From assembly GCA_043813605.1 (NCBI GenBank), contig JBDRKX010000104.1, forward strand, positions 1 through 38,953: a stretch of DNA of 38,953 nucleotides, in the 5' to 3' direction. The stretch comes from Elusimicrobiota bacterium (GTDB taxonomy: Bacteria; CG03; SLGR01; JBDRKX01). Shown here in pieces: positions 18,379 through 26,298 of this stretch (the stretch's first letter is position 1; the number at the start of each line of letters is the position of its first letter). The translations under genes were made by a program, and so were the position numbers. A model generated the notes under the pieces. That model made no database searches. It was not told the origin of the DNA and saw only the letters and a program-made list of their open reading frames with translations.

Positions 18379-18481
18379 GTATTTTCTTTATTTATATTGA
18401 GTTGCGGATATTTCAGAATATTACCTTTAATATGGATTTAGTCTACTAATTATCCTGCTACAGCCCCTGAATTTTCTTTTG

Positions 18482-18510
18482 AGTTTAGAAACTTAAGCGG
18501 CTTTTGTCAA
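18482..18510 (-). promoter_or_regulatory. Sigma70 promoter of pyr operon
   Basis: Minus strand TTGACA (18510-18505), 17 nt, TAAACT (18487-18482). Confidence 0.75.
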
Positions 18511-18822
18511 GCGGGCTTCTCGAAAAACTATTTATAGCATTTTATTCTTTTATACATGTAATATCATTGAAAAAAACAACAGCTGCTGAAATGCTGCGTT
18601 TTCAGCATGAAATCCAGGATACCGGTCATTTAAAGCGCAATATTTAAAAATTAAATAGTTATTTTTTGGGGGTGTTGGAAAAGTATTTTTATACCAGTTC
18701 ATTATATTACCTAATAAAAGATGATTTGTAAACCCATGCTGAAGTTATCGTCTTAAATACACCTGTTTTAATGAGGCGGTATTATCCCGGCCGCTGATTA
18801 TAAGAGGATAAAAAGGCCGGGA

Positions 18823-18851
18823 TTGACATAATGCAAACAGATTACTAAAAT
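18823..18851 (+). promoter_or_regulatory. Sigma70 promoter of redoxin-nrdG-nrdD operon
   Basis: TTGACA (18823-18828), 17 nt, TAAAAT (18846-18851); GGAGG RBS before 18892. Confidence 0.75.
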
Positions 18852-18891
18852 GCTGACTTAAAATATTCTGATTATTCGGAGGAATAATAAA

Positions 18892-19260
18892 ATGAAAGAT
18901 ATTAAATGCAATGACGGTATGTGTAAGGTTACTGAAAAGCAGAAGAAGCTGGCAGATGAATTCAAAAAAACACCTGATGATATTTCCGGCCCGGCGGCGC
19001 TGGTGTATTTTTTCGGTAAAAAAGAATGCCCGCTGTGCAAACAGGTGAAATCACTTCTTGAAGATATGAGAGAGGCTGATATAAGTATGAACCTGGAATA
19101 TTTTGATCTTGATACCGTAAACGGTCTTTCAAAGGCTGCGTTTTACAACGCATTTGAGCTCCCTGTTCTTATTGTTTTTCAAAATGGGCAGGAAATAAAA
19201 AGATGGGATGGTATTGTCCCTGACGCAGATTCTTTCAGAGAGCTTTTCGATAATCAATAA
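18892..19260 (+). CDS. Thioredoxin/NrdH-like redoxin
   Basis: 122 aa; CPLC active site, cis-Pro motif ELPVLIVF, GQEIKRWDG; directly upstream of nrdG/nrdD. Confidence 0.8.
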   Translation: MKDIKCNDGMCKVTEKQKKLADEFKKTPDDISGPAALVYFFGKKECPLCKQVKSLLEDMREADISMNLEYFDLDTVNGLSKAAFYNAFELPVLIVFQNGQEIKRWDGIVPDADSFRELFDNQ

Positions 19261-19297
19261 ACCGCATAATCGAAGTGATTACCAGGATTTCATTAAG

Positions 19298-20008
19298 ATG
19301 AAATTACTGAAAACAAATACAAGAATCGCAGGATTTAACAGAATATCCATGATCGACTGGGAAAACAGGATGTCATCAGTGATATTCCTGTCCGGCTGCA
19401 ACTGGAGATGTCCGTACTGCCATAACCGGGAACTGTGTTCCGTATCCGGAGATATACGGCAGAACGAGATACTTGAATATCTGGAAGAAAAATCGGGCTG
19501 GATAGACGGTGTCGTACTGTGCGGGGGAGAGCCCCTGTTTTCTGATGACATAATAGCTCTGGCGGAAGAGATAAAACGGCTGGGTTATGATGTTAAACTC
19601 GATACAAACGGGTCTTATCCGGCCAGGCTCAAAGAGATGATAGACACCGGTATTATCGATTATGTAGCCATGGATATTAAATCAAAACTGACAGAAGACA
19701 GATACCGGAAAGCGGTTGCGCTCCCGGGCCAGGTAGATAATGTGATAAGAAGCATGAATATCCTGGCTGATTCGGGAAAAGAATTCGAGTTCAGGACGAC
19801 AATGGTGCCTGAGATCGTTTCGCCCGATGACATCATTTATAATGTGAGTTTTATGAGAGCCGGAACAAAATATGCCATTCAGCAGTATTCTAATACCAAC
19901 GTGTGTGACGAATACTTCCGTAATGTCCGGCCGTACCCGGAAGAAATCTTAGAGAAGACAGTTGAACTTATTAATAAAAAAGGAGTTAATGCATGCCTTC
20001 GAATTTAA
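19298..20008 (+). CDS. nrdG: Anaerobic ribonucleotide reductase activase (radical SAM)
   Basis: CNWRCPYCHN, GVVLCGGEP, VKLDTNG, YVAMDIK, EFRTT; likely start ATG 19298 (track start 19208 overlaps redoxin). Confidence 0.92.
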   Translation: MKLLKTNTRIAGFNRISMIDWENRMSSVIFLSGCNWRCPYCHNRELCSVSGDIRQNEILEYLEEKSGWIDGVVLCGGEPLFSDDIIALAEEIKRLGYDVKLDTNGSYPARLKEMIDTGIIDYVAMDIKSKLTEDRYRKAVALPGQVDNVIRSMNILADSGKEFEFRTTMVPEIVSPDDIIYNVSFMRAGTKYAIQQYSNTNVCDEYFRNVRPYPEEILEKTVELINKKGVNACLRI

Positions 20009-22395
20009 GAATGCTGACAAATTTCAAAGTGAAAAAGAAAGATGGTGATGTAAAAGATTTTATAGCGAAAAACGTTTACCGCTCAATAAAAGAAGCCGCA
20101 AACGCATCGGGCGTAACTGATATAGAAGTAAAAGCTGTTCATGATAAAGTCATGTGTAACCTGAATAACACGTTTTTACCGGGAGAGACGATACTGAGCC
20201 GGAAGATCGAAGATATGGTGATCGATGTTCTGCGCAAGAACGGCTATTCGGCTATGTCGAGGTTGTATTACAGTCACAGCCTGTTGAAACAGGATATAAA
20301 GAGGAAGGTTAAGGTGATAAAGAAATCAGACCTGGATGTGACTGATTTCTCTCTTCTCGTTACAAGGGGCCGCGATGTCATGACCTCTCCCTGGCAAAGG
20401 GAGAAGATAGAACAGGCGCTGACACGGGAGACAGGGTTAAACAGGAATGAAGCAAGAAAGATAGCTAAAGAAGTCGAAAGGAAAATACTGGCAAGCGGAC
20501 TTAAGGACATATCTACGAGCCTGATAAGGGAACTTATAGATAATGCTCTTCTTACAACAGGCCATAAACAACTTATATCCCGCCAGACTGAAGTCGGTAT
20601 TTCTACATACGATCTTGAGAAGATAGTATTTTCTAATCCCAAGGAAAATTCGAACATATCCATGCATAATCCTGAAGCGGTGAACCTTGCTACTGCAGAG
20701 ATAGTACTTAAACAGTACGCTTTGAACAGGGTCTTTACCCAGCAGACATCACTTGCACATAAAGAAGGCATGGTGCATATCCATGATCTTGGTTATCCGA
20801 CGCGTGTCTATTGCAGCGCTCATTCACTGGAATACATAAAAAAATACGGATTAAAGATGGATAATCTTGATATAATATCGTCACCCGCGAAGCATGCCCG
20901 TACACTTACGGGACACTTGAACACTTTTCTTGCCAGTATGCAGGCTTATTACGCGGGCGCGCTGGGTATAGGTTATGTGAATATATTCTATGCGCCGTAC
21001 CTGAAAGGTATGGAATATTCCGAGATAAAGCAGGAAGCGCAGCATTTTATTTTTTCTCTGTCACAAAGCGCTTTTTCAAGGGGCGGCCAGGTGCTTTTCG
21101 TCGATGCAAACGTGCATACCGGTATCCCATCCTATTTGAGGGATGTTCCCGCAATAGGCCCCGGCGGTAAATATACAGGAGAAACATATAAAGAATACGA
21201 GAGGGAATCGCAGTTATTCTTAAAAGCGCTTCTTGAAGTCTGGCGCGACGGTGATTCAAGGGGAAATGTGTTTGCTTTTCCCAAATGCGATCTTCATATA
21301 ACAGAAGAGAGCTTCAGTGACCCGATGCAGAAAGAGCTGCTTGAGTTCGCCTGTGAAGTGGCGTCTGTAAACGGGAGCCCTTATTTTGTTTTTGACAGGG
21401 ATGAGGTTACACTTTCCGCCTGCTGCCGTCTCAGGACAAAGATAAGTGATCAGAGTATCGTGAAACATCCCGAGAAAATGCGTTTCTGCGGGTTTCAGAA
21501 TGTCTCGATAAACCTGCCCCAGGCATCATACAGAGCGGCGAGAAACGGCCGCAAGAATCTTGAAGGTGTTCTTAATGAGATAGAAAAAGCTGTCGAGATA
21601 GCAGTTAATGCGCACCTGGAAAAGAGAGAATTTACCAAGGAGATGATGAAACCGGGAAACCCGCTCTGGTCGGTAGGTAAGACCGCGATGGACGGCAAAC
21701 GCTATATTGATCTTGATGATGCTACATATATCATAGGTATTGTAGGGCTTAATGAATGTCTGCAGTTCTTAACGGGAAACCAGATGCATGAGAATGACGA
21801 AGTCTATGAAACGGGGCTCAAGATAATATCTTTTATGTATTTGAAAGTAAAGGATTTTGAAAAAAGACACGGACTGAAATTCTCGCTGGAAGAATCGCCT
21901 GCCGAAAGTGCGGCACGGCGCCTGGCGAAGGTTGATATGGAACTTTTTGCCGAAGAAACACGGGAAGTGGTCAAGGGAAGTATAGATGAAGACGAGATCT
22001 ACTATACGAACTCAATTCATTTTGCGCCAAATGCTCCTGTTGATTTTATCGAAAGGATAGAAAAACAGAGCAAATTTCATCCGCTGATCGAGAGCGGGGC
22101 GATAGTTCACGCTTTTGTGGGCGAACATAAACCTTCTACAGAAGCGGTTTTCAGTATGATAAAGAAATCCTGGCAGAAGACACAATGCGCACAGATGACT
22201 ATTTCACCCGAATTCACGGTGTGCGAAGAGTGCGAGAACAGGGTACGGGGACTGAAAGAAACCTGCCCGTACTGCGGATCTCCTAAGGTATACGGGCTGA
22301 CGCGTATTGTAGGTTATTTTTCAAGAATACCTAACTGGAATAAGTCCAAACTGGGAGAGCTCAAGGACCGGCATAAAGGTAATTATACCTGGTAG
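19993..22395 (+). CDS. nrdD: Class III (anaerobic) ribonucleoside-triphosphate reductase with two ATP-cone-like domains
   Basis: 800 aa; HIHDL, YC, SACCRL finger loop, EESPAES, YYTNS, CEEC...CPYC Zn site, glycyl-radical RIVGYF. Confidence 0.96.
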   Translation: MPSNLRMLTNFKVKKKDGDVKDFIAKNVYRSIKEAANASGVTDIEVKAVHDKVMCNLNNTFLPGETILSRKIEDMVIDVLRKNGYSAMSRLYYSHSLLKQDIKRKVKVIKKSDLDVTDFSLLVTRGRDVMTSPWQREKIEQALTRETGLNRNEARKIAKEVERKILASGLKDISTSLIRELIDNALLTTGHKQLISRQTEVGISTYDLEKIVFSNPKENSNISMHNPEAVNLATAEIVLKQYALNRVFTQQTSLAHKEGMVHIHDLGYPTRVYCSAHSLEYIKKYGLKMDNLDIISSPAKHARTLTGHLNTFLASMQAYYAGALGIGYVNIFYAPYLKGMEYSEIKQEAQHFIFSLSQSAFSRGGQVLFVDANVHTGIPSYLRDVPAIGPGGKYTGETYKEYERESQLFLKALLEVWRDGDSRGNVFAFPKCDLHITEESFSDPMQKELLEFACEVASVNGSPYFVFDRDEVTLSACCRLRTKISDQSIVKHPEKMRFCGFQNVSINLPQASYRAARNGRKNLEGVLNEIEKAVEIAVNAHLEKREFTKEMMKPGNPLWSVGKTAMDGKRYIDLDDATYIIGIVGLNECLQFLTGNQMHENDEVYETGLKIISFMYLKVKDFEKRHGLKFSLEESPAESAARRLAKVDMELFAEETREVVKGSIDEDEIYYTNSIHFAPNAPVDFIERIEKQSKFHPLIESGAIVHAFVGEHKPSTEAVFSMIKKSWQKTQCAQMTISPEFTVCEECENRVRGLKETCPYCGSPKVYGLTRIVGYFSRIPNWNKSKLGELKDRHKGNYTW

Positions 22396-22451
22396 ATCCC
22401 GACTGCCCGGCAGGTTTTTTATGCGGATGCCGGAAACAAATCCTAACAAGT

Positions 22452-22480
22452 TTGAAATAACTGTTGAAAATTAGTATTAT
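22452..22480 (+). promoter_or_regulatory. Candidate promoter of gua/pur operon
   Basis: TTGAAA (22452-22457), 17 nt, TATTAT (22475-22480); AGGAGG RBS before 22518. Confidence 0.5.
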
Positions 22481-22517
22481 TTCAGTTTAAATTCTAAATT
22501 ATAATACAGGAGGAAAG

Positions 22518-23651
22518 ATGGAAAGAGCATATGGATTTGATGAAGTAGCAATAGTACCCGGAAGGCAGACCCTTGATTGCGAGGATGTTGATATTTCGAG
22601 TAAGATAGGCAAGATAGATATAGAAATACCGTTCCTCGCAAGCGCCATGGACGGTGTTGTCGATACGAAGTTTGCCGTGGCCATGGGAAAACTCGGCGGC
22701 ATGGCCGTATTAAACCTGGAGGGCATATTCACCAGGTATGAAGACCCTTCCGATGTGCTGGGAGAGATAATCGCAGCAAGACCCGAAGAGTTTACTCCTC
22801 TGATGCAGAATATATACCAGGAATCCATAAAAGACAAGCTTGTAAAAAAGGTTATTGAAGATATTAAGAATAAGGGAGTAAAAGCGTGTGTGTCGTCTAC
22901 TCCGCTTAAGGCGGAACATCTGGGCAAGTTAAGCCGGGATGCGGGAGCAGATATTTTCTGTATGCAGGCGACAGTGCTTACCCGCATGTATTCATCTACA
23001 AGACACACTCCGGTAGAACTGGAAAGTTTTATCAGAGACATGAAGATACCTGTTATACTGGGCAATTGTGTTACATATGAAGTCGCTATGGACCTTATGG
23101 AAGTAGGGGCGAGCGCCATACTTATCGGCGTAGGTCCCGGCGCGGCCTGTACTACCAGGGGTGTGCTGGGACTGGGAGTGCCTCAGGTTACTGCTACGAA
23201 AGACTGCGCGGCGGCAAGAGACGATTATTTTAAGAAATCCGGCCGGTATGTAGCGGTTATTACGGACGGCGGTATGACACAGGGCGCGGATATATGTAAA
23301 GCGTTTGCAGCGGGAGCCGATCAGATAATGGTCGGAAGTACTTTTGCAAAGGCAAAAGAAGCTCCCGGTAAAGGTTATCACTGGGGGATGGCTCTTCCGC
23401 ATCCGTATCTGCCGAGAGGGACAAGGGTCTGGGTGGGTATTATGGGCAGCCTTGAAGAAATACTCTACGGACCGGCAAAAACAGATGACGGGACACAGAA
23501 TTTTGTCGGAGCGCTCAGGCTGTGTATGAGCTGCTGCGGGGCAAAAAATATCAAGGAATTTCACGAGCAGGCAGAGCTTATTATAGCGCCGGGAATAAAG
23601 ACAGAAGGCAAGTTATACCAGAAGGCCCAGAAACTGGGCATGAGCAAATAA
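22518..23651 (+). CDS. guaB: GuaB3-family IMP dehydrogenase (no CBS domains)
   Basis: 377 aa; RAYGFDEVAIVP, ASAMDGVVD, LNLEG, catalytic loop GVGPGAACTTRGVLG, TDGG, HWGMA, LPRGTR. Confidence 0.9.
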   Translation: MERAYGFDEVAIVPGRQTLDCEDVDISSKIGKIDIEIPFLASAMDGVVDTKFAVAMGKLGGMAVLNLEGIFTRYEDPSDVLGEIIAARPEEFTPLMQNIYQESIKDKLVKKVIEDIKNKGVKACVSSTPLKAEHLGKLSRDAGADIFCMQATVLTRMYSSTRHTPVELESFIRDMKIPVILGNCVTYEVAMDLMEVGASAILIGVGPGAACTTRGVLGLGVPQVTATKDCAAARDDYFKKSGRYVAVITDGGMTQGADICKAFAAGADQIMVGSTFAKAKEAPGKGYHWGMALPHPYLPRGTRVWVGIMGSLEEILYGPAKTDDGTQNFVGALRLCMSCCGAKNIKEFHEQAELIIAPGIKTEGKLYQKAQKLGMSK

Positions 23652-23669
23652 TTATAAGGCACTGCTGTT

Positions 23670-24236
23670 ATGATAAAATCAGATAAATGGATAAAAAAAA
23701 TGGCTATCGGTTATGGTATGATAGAACCGTTTGTCGAATCACAGGCAGGAAACGGTATAATATCCTACGGCCTTTCTTCATACGGTTATGATATCAGGGT
23801 AGGCGACGAATTTAAAATATTTACAGATATAAACTCTGCTATTGTTGACCCGAAAGACTTTGATACAGGGTCTTTTGTCTATGTGAAGGCCCCGGAACAT
23901 ATACTTATTCCTCCGAATTCATTTGCCCTTGCAAGAACAATAGAATATTTCAGGATCCCGAGAGATGTTCTCTGCATCTGTCTCGGCAAATCCACTTATG
24001 CAAGATGCGGCATTATTGTTAATGTGACGCCGTTTGAGCCGGAGTGGGAAGGCCATGTTACGCTGGAAATATCCAATACAACACCGCTCCCGGCCAGAAT
24101 ATACGCTAACGAGGGTATTGCGCAGGTGCTCTTTTTTCAAAGCGATGAAGCCTGCAGTACCTCGTATGCTGACAGAAAAGGCAAATACCAGGGCCAAAAA
24201 GGCATAACTCTTCCGAAAATAAAAGATAAAGAATAA
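23670..24236 (+). CDS. dcd: dCTP deaminase
   Basis: 188 aa; [45 protein letters not shown]. Confidence 0.96.
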   Translation: MIKSDKWIKKMAIGYGMIEPFVESQAGNGIISYGLSSYGYDIRVGDEFKIFTDINSAIVDPKDFDTGSFVYVKAPEHILIPPNSFALARTIEYFRIPRDVLCICLGKSTYARCGIIVNVTPFEPEWEGHVTLEISNTTPLPARIYANEGIAQVLFFQSDEACSTSYADRKGKYQGQKGITLPKIKDKE

Positions 24237-24291
24237 GATCGCGCGCGGCAGCAGCTGCCCGGAGCGGAGATTAAAAGTAATTTAATAAATC

Positions 24292-25815
24292 ATGATAGCA
24301 GTAATAGATTTCGGGTCTCAATATACACATCTTATATGCAGGCGTATAAGGGATATGGGTGTAAGATCAGAGATATACCCCTATAATACGGAGATATCTC
24401 TGAAGAAGATCAAACCGGCAGGAATAATACTTTCCGGTTCGCCTGCGTCGCTTGCTGATAAAGATCATCCCGAACCGCCCGGAGATATCCTCAAATCCGG
24501 GCTGCCCGTGCTTGGGATATGCTACGGTATGCAGGTTATGGCAGAGATGCTGGGCGGAAAAGTCGGCAGAAAAGGCAGGAGAGAATACGGCCGCGCAAAA
24601 CTGCGCATAATCAAAAAAGGCAATATCTTTTCCGGTTTTTCCGGGTCTTCATCGGTATGGATGAGCCATTATGACAGCGTGGAAAAACTTCCGCCGGGTT
24701 TCGAAGCGCTGGCCAGCACAAAAGGTATTCCTGTGGCTTCCATGGGAGATGCCGCCAGAAGATTATACGGGATCCAGTTTCATCCTGAAGTAGTGCATAC
24801 CGAAGAAGGAAACAGGATACTGTCCAATTATGTCTTCAGTATCTGCGGCGCAAAAAAGGACTGGAACCTGAATAAATGGATAGAGACTGCTGTCTGTGAT
24901 ATTAAAAAACAGGCCGGCCGCGGCAAGGTTATTATGGCCCTTTCCGGCGGCGTCGATTCCAGTATCGCTTCCGTTATCATAAAAGAAGCAATGGGGGACA
25001 GGTTCTTCCCGGTATTCGTCGACCACGGGCTGACACGCCTGAAAGACAGAAAAAAGATAAAAGAAGTACTGATAAAAAAGATGGGCCTTAATGTCAGGAT
25101 AATCGATTGTGAGGACAGGTTCATGAATGCCCTTAAAGGTGTCCGTGATCCGGAAAAGAAAAGAAAGATAATAGGAAGGGAATTTATCAACGTATTTATG
25201 GCGGAAGCAAGGAAGATAAAGGGTATAACTCATCTGGCGCAGGGCACGCTCTACCCTGATATAATAGAATCTGCAAGGGCAGGTACAAAATCATCTGTTA
25301 TTAAGACACATCACAATGTAGGGGGGCTCCCGAAATCGATGAAACTGGAGCTTATTGAGCCGTTCAGGTCATTATATAAAGATGAAGTGCGTGTTATCGG
25401 CCGGAAACTGGAAGTCCCGCCGGAGATAATAGACCAGCATCCTTTTCCCGGTCCCGGACTGGGTATCCGTATCATCGGAGCAGTTAACAGGAAAAGAGTG
25501 AATATATTGAGGGCTGCTGATGTAATAGTAGAAGAAGAGCTGAAAAAAGCCCGCATATATTACAGTCTGTGGCAGGCGTTCCCGGTGTTCCTTACTGTTA
25601 AAACTGTCGGGGTAATGGGAGATATGAGAACATACGAGAACGTTATCGCGCTCAGGCTGGTCGAATCAGTCGATGCAATGACCGCTAACTGGGCTGAAAT
25701 ACCGCATAAAGTCCTGAGTAACATATCTACAAGGATCGTCAATGAGATAACCGGCATAAACAGGGTCGTATATGATATTACAAATAAGCCGCCCGGTACG
25801 ATAGAATGGGAATAG
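24292..25815 (+). CDS. guaA: GMP synthase (glutamine-hydrolysing)
   Basis: 507 aa; DFGSQY, GICYGMQ, QFHPEV, LSGGVDS, KTHHNVGG, KPPGTIEWE. Confidence 0.97.
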   Translation: MIAVIDFGSQYTHLICRRIRDMGVRSEIYPYNTEISLKKIKPAGIILSGSPASLADKDHPEPPGDILKSGLPVLGICYGMQVMAEMLGGKVGRKGRREYGRAKLRIIKKGNIFSGFSGSSSVWMSHYDSVEKLPPGFEALASTKGIPVASMGDAARRLYGIQFHPEVVHTEEGNRILSNYVFSICGAKKDWNLNKWIETAVCDIKKQAGRGKVIMALSGGVDSSIASVIIKEAMGDRFFPVFVDHGLTRLKDRKKIKEVLIKKMGLNVRIIDCEDRFMNALKGVRDPEKKRKIIGREFINVFMAEARKIKGITHLAQGTLYPDIIESARAGTKSSVIKTHHNVGGLPKSMKLELIEPFRSLYKDEVRVIGRKLEVPPEIIDQHPFPGPGLGIRIIGAVNRKRVNILRAADVIVEEELKKARIYYSLWQAFPVFLTVKTVGVMGDMRTYENVIALRLVESVDAMTANWAEIPHKVLSNISTRIVNEITGINRVVYDITNKPPGTIEWE

Positions 25816-25821
25816 AGTGTT

Positions 25822-26298
25822 ATGGCAGGTAACCTGGAAAAAGAATATTTTTTTGAAATATCTCTGAAAGGCAGGGATGCGATAGGCCGGGAAATAGAAG
25901 AGGGGGTACGGGACCTGGGAATAGACGGAATAGACGCGGTTGCCGCAAGCCGGATATTTTATCTTTACGGTGAACTTGATGAATCCCGGAAAGAGCAGGA
26001 TCTAATAGCAAAAGAGCTGCTCAGTGATCCGCTATGCGAGTCCTATTCACTTTTACCGGTGGAATCCGACGGAGCCGAGATCAAAGTGTTCTTTAAAGAA
26101 GGAGTGCTCGATATCGAGTCTGTCAGGGTATGTGAAGCCCTGCATATAATGGGGATAGATTCCATAAAAAAAGTCAGGACAGCCAGGAAATATATAATAA
26201 AAGGCGGTAACGCGTCTGACAGCGGGATATGCAGGTTCATAGCGGAGAAACTGCTCTACAATAAAGTTATAGAAGAGGCCAGGATAGATGCGGAGTAA
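25822..26298 (+). CDS. purS: FGAM synthase PurS subunit, tandem double-domain form
   Basis: 158 aa with two PurS-like halves ending KELLSDPLCE and EKLLYNKVIE; KEGVLD motif; immediately upstream of purL. Confidence 0.8.
   Translation: MAGNLEKEYFFEISLKGRDAIGREIEEGVRDLGIDGIDAVAASRIFYLYGELDESRKEQDLIAKELLSDPLCESYSLLPVESDGAEIKVFFKEGVLDIESVRVCEALHIMGIDSIKKVRTARKYIIKGGNASDSGICRFIAEKLLYNKVIEEARIDAE

Noticed and set aside
18440..18470. tRNA/tmRNA 5' end (GGGGCTGTAGC on minus strand)
   Set aside because: No T-arm GTTCRA, no matching acceptor stem or CCA; treated as part of the pyr leader
18520..18780. Replication origin or NrdR boxes in the AT-rich intergenic region
   Set aside because: No TTATCCACA DnaA boxes and no ACACNATATATNGTG-like NrdR box; only a short inverted repeat at 18584-18607
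22400..22420. Terminator after nrdD
   Set aside because: Only a 4-bp stem (CTGC/GCAG) before the T-run; plausible but not supportable
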